This document shows, one piece after another, positions 1 to 12,844 of a DNA stretch of 64,000 nucleotides. Under the pieces are notes generated by a model, which saw nothing but the letters and a program-made list of their open reading frames with translations, searched no databases and was not told where the DNA came from. The translations under genes and the position numbers were made by a program. The stretch spans positions 14,136,001 to 14,200,000 of the forward strand of contig OX597825.1 in NCBI GenBank assembly GCA_951406725.2. The letters run 5' to 3'. Numbering within the stretch: position 1 is the first letter of the stretch; the number at the start of each line of letters is the position of its first letter. The DNA comes from Octopus vulgaris. Taxonomy: Eukaryota.

Positions 1-165
1 GTGTTTGTGCATTGGCGCGTAAGTAGTCGCGCGTAGACAACGTCATCGCACATTCATACACACACATCTACACGCAGACATACATACATACATATATACA
101 TATATGTACATATATACACATACTTATGCTTACATCCAGACAAACACACAAGCACGAATGCACGG

Positions 166-198
<33 letters not shown>

Positions 199-455
199 TA
201 CACGTACAGAGAATACCAACACAATTGTTGACACAAATGGCTGGGTGAAAAACTGTTTATATGTGCGTGTGTGTGAATTTTTGTGTGCATGTATATATAC
301 ATATATGTATGTATGTGTGTATGTTTGTATCTAGGAATGTATATCTAAGAGTATAAGCATGTATATGTCCATATACGCATATGCATTCATACATGACCTA
401 TATGTATATTTATATACTAATACATACATATATTTTGCGCCTCTCCCTCTCTCTG

Positions 456-536
<81 letters not shown>

Positions 537-949
537 GTGCATGCTGTATTTTTATGCATTTGTGTGTTATTTGTGTGCATTATTACATGTACTTACATTT
601 GAATGCAAAAATGCCTGTTTGTTCACGCCTATATCTATGCACTGCACAATTCTTATCACCTGGTAATTACATCTTTTAAGGTAATAAATAATAAACTATA
701 CAAGCGTGCATATATGCAATTATTTACTGTAGAATATATCTATACATTTTAGCCGTCACTATTTTGATTTCTACATAAATTATAGAAGCGTGGTATTGTG
801 TTTCACTGCTGTTCTGAACTGTAGAGTATATACATTATTTACATTTGACGGATATGTAAATAATGTACGTAATTCCTCATCTCTTAAATATAGAATTGTA
901 GTGTATATCTATATATATTTTAGGCGACACTATCTTATCCCTATAGATA

Positions 950-1127
950 ATATCTTCGCGAACAGTAAAAGAATTGTTGTAAAGATTGTTTGCCAAAATA
1001 AAATGGCAGTCCTGGTTTAGGACTAATTTTACTGTAATTTAGCCCCCGGAGACATTAGTCCTAAACCAGGACTGCTATGCTATTTTGGAAAACAATCTTT
1101 ACTACAAAGTACTGTTGCTGAATATCT
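950..1127. repeat. Fold-back repeat (arms about 979-1027 and 1054-1102), same family as 29345-29590
   Basis: gtaaagattgtttgccaaaat...gtcctggtttaggactaat versus attagtcctaaaccaggac...aaaacaatctttac. Confidence 0.7.
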
Positions 1128-1150
1128 CACGTTGTGAGATTTAAAAATAG

Positions 1151-1315
1151 TACAGTTCTATATTTAAGAGATGAGGAATTGTGTATATTATTTACATTAT
1201 TTACAATTGACGGATATTTGTCCTCATCTTGTTTGTTGTTAACACAACATTTCAGCTGATATACTCTCCAGCCTTCTTCAGGTGACTTAGGGAAATTTCT
1301 AACCTGGGATCTCAT
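1151..1315 (-). mobile_element. Dispersed repeat with HHR-like motif at 1241-1286, Penelope pLTR-like
   Basis: Minus strand: gtcac-CTGAAGA-a-GGCTG..CAGCT-GAAA-tgtt-gtgtt. Homologous copy at 23528-23670, partial inverted copy at about 829-900. Confidence 0.55.
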
Positions 1316-1364
1316 GTGAAAGAAATAAAACCTTGTTAATTGGTTCGAAGAGAGTACTATACTA

Positions 1365-1529
1365 TAGACGCAGGGATGGATGTGTGGTAAGAAGCTTGCT
1401 TACGAACCACAAGGTTCAGGATTCAGTCCCACTGCGTGGCTCCTTAGGCAAGTGTCTTCTACTGTGGCCTCATTCTGATGGAAGCCTTGTGAGTGAATTT
1501 GGTAAACGGAAACTGAAAGAAGCCCATCG

Positions 1530-1608
<79 letters not shown>

Positions 1609-1808
1609 TGTATATGTTTGTGTGCGTGTTTGTGTTAGTCCCCTACCATCGCATGACAACCGGTGTTGATGTGTTTACGTCCTCGTAACTTAGCGGTTCG
1701 GCACAAGAGACCGATAGAATAAGTACTAGTCTTAGAAAGAATAAGTCCTGGGTCGCTTTGTTCGAATAAAGGTAGTGCTCCAGCATGGCCGCAGTCAAAT
1801 TCTTGAAA
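1365..1808 (+). mobile_element. SINE family A (tRNA-derived head, CORE-like domain, internal microsatellite)
   Basis: Aligns to the full copy at 10606-11028. Confidence 0.85.
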
Positions 1809-1887
1809 TGCCCAATCGCACTTAATATGTATGTACATATATATATATATACATACACACACACGCGCACACACACGCGCACACACA

Positions 1888-1953
<66 letters not shown>

Positions 1954-3399
1954 CATACATACATCAGACATACATATATTGATACATGTATGCATGTCTA
2001 GCTATAAACATTTTATGCATGGGCAGATACAGAGAAAGTGAGGTGGCAGAGAGAACGAACAAGGACAAATATACGTCCATATATAAATCAAGGGTGTAGA
2101 GTATTTATATTTTCATTCCGGGGTTGAGGCAAAGAAAATTGTATTTATTTGTTTAGACATCCGTGGAATTCTTAGCGGCAGTGTCTCTCTACGACTCGAT
2201 AGCAAGTAGACCAGACTATAAAGTTAGCTATGGCTTCACTCTGCAGAAGTTAACATTTTTTAACGATATACAATAGCGATATATAATAATTTATCTGAGG
2301 CGAGCTCAAATCTCGTATAATGTATTTAAGAAACCGTCATTGATACAAGATCTATTATAATTCCATTCACATCTCGGATCCATTATAGGAAGATGATAGG
2401 GTTTCTTAATGCACTACAAAGAAGATTGCTATGAATAATGGCTGCCACGCATTGGATACTCGTTTATTGAAGACTCATATCTATGTTTACCTTATTGTTC
2501 GAATTCTCAGAATTATTCTGATGCCTTAAGTGAAATTCTTCAAAACGATGTCAAAACGATACGCGCAAAAACGCACGTACACACACACACACTCGCACAC
2601 ACACTCATAAAATCATACAGTCGCACAAATACAGACACACATGTACACAGTAATATACTAACAGGCAAAATACATGCAAACAAAGCCACACACATTCTTA
2701 GACACGAATCTCTATCACGAGTTCTTGTTATAATGAATTCAGTTACTCGTTTCTTCACACTGTACTAAACGAAACAGTAATAATACTATATTTGTCTTGT
2801 CCTCGGAGACAATCTAATTTGATCACGTCTGCGCAATTAATCGTTAAAATCAATTTGTCTTGATTAAACTTTCCCTATTTTTGCTTTTATTTTCAATCCA
2901 ACTTTGTTAATTATTTTTCAACAACGATATTTCTATTCGTTTGATTTGTGAAGTATTTAGAATGTGTTTTTAGTCCGATAATGAAGCACACCAACGACAA
3001 TTTGATTGCTAGTTTAATTGTGTCACAAGCTGCATGTGTAAAATTGGAAATCCAAGTGTCAGATTCTCAAATTCTTTCCGCTTTGTAATTCTCTGTTGTC
3101 TTGTTTGTTGCTTTTCAAAAGACTGGTTTGGTTTAGTGAATGGAGAATTGCGTTCATAGCCCTTAAAAGCTTTCTAACCCTTTGCATGTCCGATGCATTC
3201 ACATAAAGCTGTCCTTGTTTGTTTTCAAACACATATAGAGAGGGATCTTAATCCATACACTCTGAACGATATAAGGTTTTCTTTCATAAGCGCCATGTTA
3301 CTCTTGTGATTGTAATAAACTGCGAAGAGAATCATATTTGATGCATGGACAGCAGAGAAAGAGGTTCTGTGAATCACATGGGATACACAGAACAGGCAA

Positions 3400-3720
3400 A
3401 AGCTTAATGCCGACGCGATCGATGGAAGCAGTTTGCCTCTTAAATAGATGCAAATTGACAGCTTCATAAAGACATGGAGAGCGGAGGGAATTCTAGGCGA
3501 ATCACGCTCTTGAGCGTAAGGATAGGGTGTAGTTATCAATACATGCTAGACACAATATAGACGATGGGATTAGAGAGCTGGGTTACTAGAATGTACTTGA
3601 ATAAAGGTGGCACAAGTGCAGCCGGTTCTGAAGAGTAGAAGCTTTTGAAATTGCTGTAGAAAAAACCGTGAGAAGAGATAGCAGGTCTATGAGCCAAAAT
3701 TTGGAGAATGCTAGTGAGGA
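3400..3720 (-). pseudogene. Degenerate 3' end of a CR1/L2-like LINE ORF2
   Basis: Translated remnants ILAHRPAISS..FFY...SSEPAALVPP and NSL...VNLHLFKR resemble, from memory, the C-terminus of CR1/L2-group ORF2. Confidence 0.55.
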
Positions 3721-3884
3721 ACTGTTTCTTTTCTCCTCTCTCTCTTCTTATATACATACACAATTAGTCATATTTATTCATAAACGCCTAAAGGTGCAAT
3801 AATTCTTCTCCGGCGTAATATAAGATAGTTATTATACCAATAATTACTAACATTTTCTAATATTTCGTTGAACTGTAGAATATT

Positions 3885-4110
3885 ATTTCTTAACTACCCA
3901 CAGGGGGCTAAACATAGAGGGAACAAACAAGGACAGACAAACGGATTAGGTCGATTACATCGACCCCAGTGCGTAACTAGTACTTAATTTATCGACCTTG
4001 AAGGGATGAAAGGCAAAGCCGACCTCGGCGGAATTTGAACTCAGAACGTAGCGGCAGACGAAATACGGTTGTGCATTTCGCCCGGCGTGCTAACGTTTCT
4101 GCCAGCTCGT
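3885..4110 (-). mobile_element. SINE family B monomer
   Basis: Reverse complement of gagctggcagaaacgttagcacgccgggcgaaatg...gagttcaaattccgccgaggtc...tttgcctttcatc. Confidence 0.85.
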
Positions 4111-4949
4111 CGTCTCTATTTCGAGAGAATAGCAACGACAAACAGCTCACATGAAGACATTTCGATTTACATAACTCAGTCATCTCTAAAAGCTGGAGAA
4201 AAATTTATTACTCAAACATTTGAATATTGTTTCAACTTTCTCTGATGTAGAGCAATCACCATATTTCATTGCAGATTCCGAGAAATTTGAACATATGCTT
4301 TGAGATGTTCGTCTCCAAATATTCATATTCAGTGCCGTATATACTTATTTAAATATGTGGTTGTTAAATATTACAGTCCACCAAATCTTCAGTGTTTTAA
4401 TATTTCTCTCCAGAGATGCGTGTTCACTGGAGATAAAGCTTTCTTAAATTTAATCAGCAACAGAAGAAGAATTATGATATTGTGCAGCATTTATTTCGCT
4501 CTTTGGTTTGCTGGTCGCAGCCAGTTGATTGTGGTCATTGCATGTGAATACAACATTTTCTATAATAAACGTCGATTTATTCATATATTAGGACGAAGCT
4601 ACAAATCACCACATTTAATCGTGTATAAGTTACGCTGGTGTATAAATCGCATCTGTGTATAAGACATACCCTAACCTTATGCTAAATCTTGGGACGGAAA
4701 TTTTCCCCTTTCATACTCAAACTTGTCCCCCGTATAAGTCGCACCTCAAGTTTAAAATAATGTGACTCATACACAATTAAAAAATACGGTACTTGATTCG
4801 TGTTAGTCAATGAATTGTATTTTAATCTATCGTCCAGGAAGGATAAAAGCAAAGAGTGCTTTCGACGGGATTTGAAACCAGAATCCCCAAACCTGTGAAA
4901 CATATTGCAAGACTTTGTGTTGAATGCTGCATCTTTTTTTCCTTTCTTA

Positions 4950-5365
4950 TTTATTTATTGCCCACAAGGGGCTAAACATAGAGGGGGCAAACACAAGTAC
5001 TGACAAAGGGATTAAGTCGATTACATCGACTCCAGTGCGTAACTGGTACTTAATTTAACGACCCCGAAACGATGAAAAGCAAAGTCGATCTCGGAGGAAT
5101 TTGAACTCAGAACGTAAAAGATAGACGGAATACCTATTTCTTTACTACCCGCAAGGGGCTAAACACAGAGGGGACAAACAAAGACAGATAAACGGATTAA
5201 GTCGATTATATCGACACCAGTGCATAACTGGTATTTAATTTATCGACCCCGAAAGGATGAAAGGCAAAGTCGACCTCGGCGGAATTTGAACTCAGGACGT
5301 AGCGGCAGACGAAATACCGCAAAGCATTTCGCCCGGCGTGCTAACGATTCTGCCAGCTCGCCGCC
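4950..5365 (-). mobile_element. SINE family B dimer
   Basis: Two tandem bodies joined at gacggaatacctatttctttactaccc (about 5125-5150). Confidence 0.85.
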
Positions 5366-5966
5366 TTTTTTTTTCTTTTCTGCCGATCCACCGACTTTCT
5401 TCAATGCTGATTTCTAACACATGTACGAGGCCTACTTTTGAGAAGAGACGTAGAGTCAATACAATACACAAAGAAAACTGAGAAAAAATACAAAAATATT
5501 CCGGAAGACCAAATTTCTAACGAAATCAATCACTCGTATGATTTATTAGTCGCATGAACAGTGTCAATGTATAAAATTTTAAAATGTAATAATCAATTAT
5601 TGATTACTGGAATATATTTCTTAAGACTATGATCCTAATACGGTTACCACCACAAAAGTTACTCTACGATAATAAAAAACGTATTGCAATGCATGTGAAA
5701 AAAAATCTAGATAACCACTAGCGGAAGTTTAGCAGAATGAACGCCTGCAAATGAATTCTTCTGATGGCATGACAGATAGTATCTCGTGTAATGCGAGGTG
5801 ACGTGTTTAATAAAACAGCCTGCAGCTCTTTTGTGAACCAAGCATTAAAAAAAACTGTATCATCCGCATGCACTTGTATACGAAGTTGTATGAGCAAAAA
5901 ATATATACATATATACACACCCTTTCTGTATCCTTCCCTCTGCCTCTCTCTCAGTACATATATATA

Positions 5967-6002
<36 letters not shown>

Positions 6003-6061
6003 AGTATACACGCAATAAAAACACACACATACGCGCAATTGTATGTATATACAAATAAAAG

Positions 6062-6110
<49 letters not shown>

Positions 6111-6121
6111 TTGCATGTATT

Positions 6122-6160
<39 letters not shown>

Positions 6161-6561
6161 GTACACACACACGTATGTATATATAAATATATTTATATGT
6201 GTATGTGTATGCATGCATATATATGTGTGTGTGTGTGTATGCATGTATAAACACACACACACACAAATATATATCATAAATTACCCCAAATAATGCGGAT
6301 ATCTGTCCTGATTAAGCGGTCAATCCATCGGAGAAGACATGGCAGATCGTGACATGGGGGCAGGGAGTGGAAAGAAGGAAATAAAGGTAACAACGGGATA
6401 CTCAGGAAGTATGCACACACACACACTCACATTCACACACTCACACACACTTTCACATACGCGCACACACACACAAACACACACACGGGCACAAATGGAT
6501 CTCTGACACTTTTAGCTCTCTTTCCTATCACATCCTGCCTATATATGTACGCACTCATTTT

Positions 6562-6737
6562 GTTTTACTTGTTTCAATCATTGGGATGCGGCCATGCTAG
6601 AGCACAGACTTTTAGTCGAGCAAATCGACCCCAGGACTTATTCTTTGTAAGCCTAGTACGTATTCTATCGGTCTCTTTGCAGAACCACTAAGTTGCGGGG
6701 ACGTAAACGCACCAGCATCGGTGGGGGACAAACAAAG

Positions 6738-6815
<78 letters not shown>

Positions 6816-7149
6816 CGGGCTTCTTTCAGTTTCCGTCTTCCAAATCCACTCACAAGTCCACTCACGAGGCTACAGCAGAAGACACTTGCCCAATGTGCCA
6901 TGCATTGGGACTGAACCCGGAAGAATGTGGTTGGTAAGCAACCTACTTACCACACAGCCACTCCTATAATACATACATACATATATACGACGGGCTTCTT
7001 TCAGTTTCCGTCTACCAAATCCACTCACAAGGCTTTGGTAGGCCCGAGGCTATAGTAGAAGACACTTGCTCAAGATGCCGCGCAGTGGGACTGAACCCGG
7101 GACCATGTGGTTGGTAAGCAAGCTACTTACCACACAGCCACTCCTACGC
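6562..7149 (-). mobile_element. SINE family A: full copy (6562-6965) plus adjacent 5' half (6982-7149)
   Basis: gacgggcttctttcagtttccgtc...cacacagccactcct occurs twice. Confidence 0.85.
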
Positions 7150-7295
7150 TTGTTATTTTTAAATAAATGTTAAGCGACCTTTCTGTTGTTAAATTATCAT
7201 TTCAGCAATTACCGAAAATGACCGCTGTAAATGTTGTTCCTTTATCTACCTTCTTTAATTAACGATGCAATTTCAAGTCTCTAAGCTTTACGGCG

Positions 7296-7599
7296 TGGAG
7301 GCACATGGCCTAGTGGTTAGAGCAGTGGGCTTGCGGTCGAGGGATCGCGGGTTCGAATCTCAGACCGGGCGATGTGTGTGTTTATGAGCGAAAACAACCA
7401 ATCCACGCGGCTCCGACAGAAGGTAATGGCGAAACTTCTGCTGACTCTTTCGCCACAACTTTATCTCACTCTTTCCTCCAGCATCTTGCAGCTCACCTGC
7501 GACGGACCAGTATCCCGTCCTGGTGGGGAACCTATACACTAAGGAAACCGGGAAACTGTCCCTAATGAATCAAGCGTGGCTCGAGAAGGAACAAACAAC
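7296..7599 (+). mobile_element. SINE family C with tRNA(Arg)-like head and 13-bp TSD
   Basis: A box TGGCCTAGTGG, B box GGTTCGAATC, GCG at the anticodon position, (aac)-type tail. TSD aagctttacggcg at 7283-7295 and 7600-7612. Confidence 0.85.
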
Positions 7600-8538
7600 A
7601 AGCTTTACGGCGGCAAAATGTCCTCATATACATACACAGTACACACACACACACATACACACTAACACACACACTCACACGCACTCACGCAGATATACGC
7701 ACTAACAAACTCACGTACTCTCTCTCTCACACACGCACTCTAACACGCACTCACACACTCACATACATTCACAGACACGCACTCACACATACACTCACTC
7801 TCTTTCTCTCTCACACACACATCACTATCTCAGAGGCGGGAAAAAGAATCCGTGTCGAGAGATAGACAGACATGTCAGAAACAAAGACGTCTGGAGAGAA
7901 AAAGACGTATGTGCGAGAGGAAAAAAAATGAATGAAAGAGGATGGGGGAAGAGAGAGAGAAAGAAAGAGAAAGACAGACAGAGAGATAGAGAGAGACAGA
8001 AAGAATGAGAGAGAGAGAGACAGAGAGAGAGGCAGAGAAAGAGAGAGAGAGAGAGACTTGAGTTAAATTATTTGGCAAAAGTCTTACTGTGTGTCGGAGT
8101 GTATATTTATGTCATTAATTTAATTACTAAGCAATTAAGTATTTCTACTAATTTTTTAATTACTTATATTAAATAGTTCATTTCACGTCAATTGAAATAT
8201 TCATGAAGCGTAGACATCGTCTTTTATTCGCTGACATTTCTCACACTTCACCACTATTGCTGCTACTGCTACTATTGCCATCATCATCATCATCACCAAT
8301 AGCAACAGCAGCAGCAGTATTAATAGGAATAGTTGTTGTTGTTGTTGTTGTCGTTTTGGATGAACTTCAGGCTTTTTTTCTGTATTTTTTCGTTCCGTTT
8401 TTATGTAATTTTTTTACCCATCCGCTCTTACATCCACGTAACGTGAGAAACAGTAGCCGAACCATCTTAGAACCATCAAACACTTAGCTTAATTAAATAA
8501 TATTTACGTTGGTTTTGTGCAAGAGGGAAGAGACGACA

Positions 8539-8817
8539 GGTACTACTTAAGAACAGTTGGTCCCGGTGCGCGCACTCGCGTACACTACCGCATCCGCGCT
8601 AACTAGTCATGACTTGTCGATCCTTACTTTGTGTTTTTTTGCGTTTTATTTACTTTGTTTAACAAAAATTATTTAATTTGTGTAAAAAAAATTATTTATT
8701 TTGTGTTTTATTTACTTTGCTAGATAGTCTTTGGAAGATCAACTAGTCACGACTAGCTAGCGCGGATGCGCGAGTACGCGAGTGCGCGCACCGGGACCAC
8801 TGTTCTTAAGTAGTACC
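8539..8817. mobile_element. MITE with ~85-bp GC-rich TIRs and 9-bp TSD (Mutator-like)
   Basis: GGTACTACTTAAGAACAG...CTGTTCTTAAGTAGTACC, flanked by gagacgaca (8530-8538) and gagatgaca (8818-8826). AT-rich centre. Confidence 0.85.
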
Positions 8818-9329
8818 GAGATGACAATTGCTGTTGTTTAGCTCAGTTTCAGGTTTTTTCTTTCTTTCTTTAGTTTTTTTCTTTCTTTTTTTTTTCTCAG
8901 ACTTAGAAAAAGAAATGCAGATGTCGAGTCAACCGAAACTGTTGGACATAGAGGAGGGTGTTCCCCAACGGAAGGATCTTCACAAAATATAGCCAATACC
9001 AGGTAGGGGTATAAAAGTGGGACAGTCCTCGCAAGATATTTCCACGATGGAAATATCCGCTGCTAGTGAAAACGGAGGCATGGTTTCGTGTGTCCTTGCG
9101 TGTGAGTTTGTGTTCGAAAGAGGAAAGAGGAGGAGTAAGAGAGGGAGAGAGATAGACAGAGAGAGAGAGAGAGAGAGCGAGGGGAGAGAGGAAGAGGGAG
9201 AGAAAAGAGAGATAGAGGGGTAAGCTAGGTTGGTAATTAGGTTGGGACCTATTTAGAATTTTTGTCAGGTTGAGCAGCCCATCCCGCTCAAAAGGTCCCA
9301 GAATTAAAGTTGTTTAAGAATGATGAATG

Positions 9330-9725
9330 TAGGCGTAGGAGTGGCTGTGTGGTAAGTAGCTTGCTTACCAGCCACATGGTTCCGGGTTCAGTCCCACTGC
9401 ATGGCACCTTGGGCAAGTATCTTCTACTATAGCCTCGGGCCAACCAAAGCCTTGTGAGTGGATTTGGTAGACGGAAACTGAATGAAGCCCGTCGTATATG
9501 TTTATATATATGTATATGTTTATGTGTCTGTGTTTGTCCTCCCAACATCACTTGACAACCGATGCTGGTATGTTTACGTCCCCGTAACTTAGCGGTTCGT
9601 CTGCCGTTACGTTCTGATTTCAAATTCCGCCGAGGTCGACTTTGTCTTTCGTCCTTTCGGGGTCTATAAAATAACTACCAATGAAACACACTGGGGGGTC
9701 TGTGTAATTGACTCACCCCCTCTCC
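9330..9725 (+). mobile_element. Chimeric SINE: family A 5' part fused to family B body
   Basis: Family A up to cttagcggttcg (9588-9599), then family B tctgccgttacgttctg...gaggtcgactttg. Confidence 0.8.
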
Positions 9726-9747
9726 TAGAATGGTTTCCTTTGTGGCA

Positions 9748-9765
9748 AAATTATTATTATTATTA

Positions 9766-9818
<53 letters not shown>

Positions 9819-9819
9819 G

Positions 9820-9856
<37 letters not shown>

Positions 9857-9886
9857 TATTATTATTATCATCTTCATCATCATCAA

Positions 9887-9944
<58 letters not shown>

Positions 9945-10010
9945 TTTCTTCTTCTTCTTCTTCTTCTTCTTCTTCTTCTTCTTCTTCTTCTCCTCCTTCT
10001 TATTATTATA
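9748..10010. repeat. Compound trinucleotide microsatellite (ATT)n(CAT)n(ATT)n(CTT)n
   Basis: Directly visible. Similar tracts at 23375-23526, 25533-25730, 26041-26210, 32007-32162 and 41541-41687. Confidence 0.95.
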
Positions 10011-10605
10011 TAATTTCTACACGTTGGTACAAATACATGCAGTTTTATGTGGGATGTTGTTAATGTCTGCTTCATTCTATTAACCCAAGAGAGAGAATGG
10101 AATACGTGTCGACCTTTGTATAGTTCAAACTGAGAACAGAGAGGCTGATTCCTAGACTTAGATGAAAGACGCTGTCTCTATAGCGTTCTATCTGCTTTAA
10201 ACCCAGCCAAAAATTGATGAGAGAAAGACATTGAAAGGTCACTCTACTTGCTAAGAGAGCTGTCAAATCCGCCTCGGATTCCTGAAACATTACATAATAT
10301 CATGGTTGATGTAATGACAGGACAGGATATTTGCGAACGGAATTCTTTCGCTGCTAACTTGAATAGGATGACAGTAAAAGAAGCCAGCACAACACTGGAG
10401 TAAGATAATTTGGAGCGGATATTTTGACGCTGACGATTTGACACGACTGACTGGACATTTAACCTGTGTTGTGTTGGCGATTGGTGATGTTATACTTTTA
10501 ATGTTGAAGATAAGCCCACACGCATTATGCGCGAGGATATATTTTACGCATTCAAATAGTGTGTGAGTGAGAGAGAAAGTGAAAGAGAGAGAGAGATTAC
10601 GTATA

Positions 10606-11028
10606 TAGGCGCAGGAGTGGCTGTGTGGTAAGTAGCTTGCTAACCAACCAACCACATGGTTCCGGGTTCAGTCCCACTGCGTGGCATCTTGGGCAAGTGT
10701 CTTCTGCTATAGCCCCGGGCCGACCAATGCCTTGTGAGTGGATTTGGTAGACGGAAACTGAAAGAAGCCTGTCGTATATATGTATATATATATGTATATG
10801 TATGTGTGTGTGTATATGTTTGTGTGTCTGTGTTTGTCCCCCTAGCATTGCTTGACAACCGATGCTGGTGTGTTTACGTCCCCGTCACTTAGCGGTTCGG
10901 CAAAAGAGACCGATAGAATAAGTACTGGGCTTACAAAGAATAAGTCCCGGGGTCGATTTGCTCGACTAAAGGCGGTGCTCCAGCATGGCCGCAGTCAAAT
11001 GACTGAAACAAGTAAAAGAGTAAAAGAG
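10606..11028 (+). mobile_element. SINE family A, full length
   Basis: taggcgcaggagtggctgtgtggtaag (A-box-like)...gggttcagtccc (B-box-like)...cttgggcaagtg (CORE-like)...cagcatggccgcagtc...(gtaaaaga)n tail. Confidence 0.9.
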
Positions 11029-11283
11029 TATACCTAGAAGTATATCAGGGTGTGGTTGAGTGGCAAAATGTTTGCTTCCGAACCGCATGGTCCCAGGTTC
11101 ACTTCCACTGAATAGCAACTTGGGCAAGAATTCCATCGTATACATATGTGTGTGAGTGTGTGTGTATGTGCGTGCGTGCGTGTGTATGTTCGTTTGTTTT
11201 AATTATGGCAACGGCAATGTTAACCGTCAGCTTCAACGAGGATGTAGAGGGAAAGAGACCGATCGAATTATACCAGACTTAAG

Positions 11284-11666
11284 AATATGTAAGTACTGGG
11301 AGCGATGCGTTCGACTAAAAATCTCAAAAGCTATGCTCCAGCATGGCCGCATTCTACGTGACTGAAACAAGTAAAAAATAAAAGATAAAATATGTTCATA
11401 CTTATAAACAAAGAGAGAGAAAGAGAGAGTGAGAGAATGGGGAGGGGTGAGAGAACGAGGGAAACATTGAAACGTCTGATGTCAAGTAAGTCAGCGTCGA
11501 ATCAACGACTCCAAACAAGCGGCGACAAAAGACTGTGCCAAATATGTAAGTACTGGGAGTGATGCGTTCGACTAAAAATCACAAAGGCTATGCCCCAGCA
11601 TGGCCGCATTCTACGTTACTGAAACAAGTAAAAAAATAAAAGATAAAAGATGTTCATAATTATAAA

Positions 11667-11721
<55 letters not shown>

Positions 11722-11948
11722 TGGAGGGAGGTGAGTGAATGAGGGAAACATTGAAACGTCTGATGTCAAGTAAGTCAGCATCGAATTAACGACTCCGTAC
11801 AAGCGACGGCAAAATGACTGTGTTAAATATGTAAGTACTGGGAGCGATGTGTTCGACTAAAAATTTCAAAGGCTATGCCCTAGCATGGCCGTTTTCTATG
11901 TGACTAAAACAACTAAAAAATAAAAGATAAAATATGTTCATACTTATA

Positions 11949-11984
<36 letters not shown>

Positions 11985-12090
11985 TGGAGGGAGGCGAGAG
12001 AACGAGGGAAACATTGAAACGTCTGATGTCAAGTAAGTCAGCGTCAAATCAACGACTCCAAAGAAGCGGCGACAAAACGACTGTGCCAAA
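11284..12090 (+). repeat. Tandem triplication of a ~260-285-bp unit (SINE 3' tail + (GA)n + unique flank)
   Basis: aatatgtaagtactggga at 11284, 11541 and 11826. Each unit contains gaaacattgaaacgtctgatgtcaagtaagtcagc and ends in gactgtg. Confidence 0.9.
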
Positions 12091-12689
12091 CCGTCTCACA
12101 TCCCATTCGACACAGCTGTAGCTTTTACGTAAATCAATGAGATGTTTCTAACTATTTTAGTGAAGGAACATCTTTATAAATTCTAAGAAGGTGCATCACC
12201 TAGACACCCATTTACGTAGTAAACAAGTGTTGAAAACATCTTGATATAAACAAGTCTAGTCAGGTTGTAAAACACTCATCAGCTCTCTTTCTCTCTCACT
12301 ATAATTGCAAAAGATAAAATAAAATATGTTATATATATATGTGTGTGTTGTGTGTGTGAGTGTGTGTATCTATATCAAATAACAGAAAAGAAAACGAAAA
12401 ATAAACCTATAGAGACAAAATGTCAAACCGCTTAAACAAATATTAACTCGTTGTCATTAACAGATTCAGAGTTTAATCTAGGCAACATTCTTTCAATCTC
12501 TTTGTCAATAGTTACAGAGTTGCTGTGTTTTTAAATAGATTTATGACAGATTTTATTACAAATACGATTTACACACGGATTTCTTTTCACTGAAAATATC
12601 CGAGTAGAAGGGGCGTCGCTTGTGACCTTTGCAGATATAACCAAGTTTGTAGGTGCGATCTACACGATTCATGTTCAACCAGAATTCTT

Positions 12690-12815
12690 TTTTAGAAAGA
12701 TGGCTGCAGAGGAAAAACGGGTAAAGAAGAGAACACTAAAGTGGTATGGTTCTGTGTATGTGGGCATGTCCGAGGAAAATGTTTGGTGTCGGTTCCATTG
12801 TACTGTTGGAAAATA
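12690..12815 (+). pseudogene. Possible RTE-like LINE remnant
   Basis: KKRTLKWYGSV..MSEE resembles the RRLRWYGHV.RM motif. Confidence 0.35.
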
Positions 12816-12844
12816 AAAAACCAATAGCAAAATAAGACATTATA

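Noticed and set aside
5220-5417. Recurrent peptides such as WYLIYRPRKDERQSRPRRNLNS and RRASFSFRLPNPLTR
   Set aside because: They are incidental translations of SINE families B and A, not a gene family.
7296-7370. tRNA-Arg gene
   Set aside because: The acceptor stem is poor and the sequence continues into a SINE body bounded by a TSD.
11460-11500. gaaacgtctgatg as a hammerhead core in the triplicated unit
   Set aside because: CTGATG is followed by TC rather than A, and no compatible helices I/II were found.
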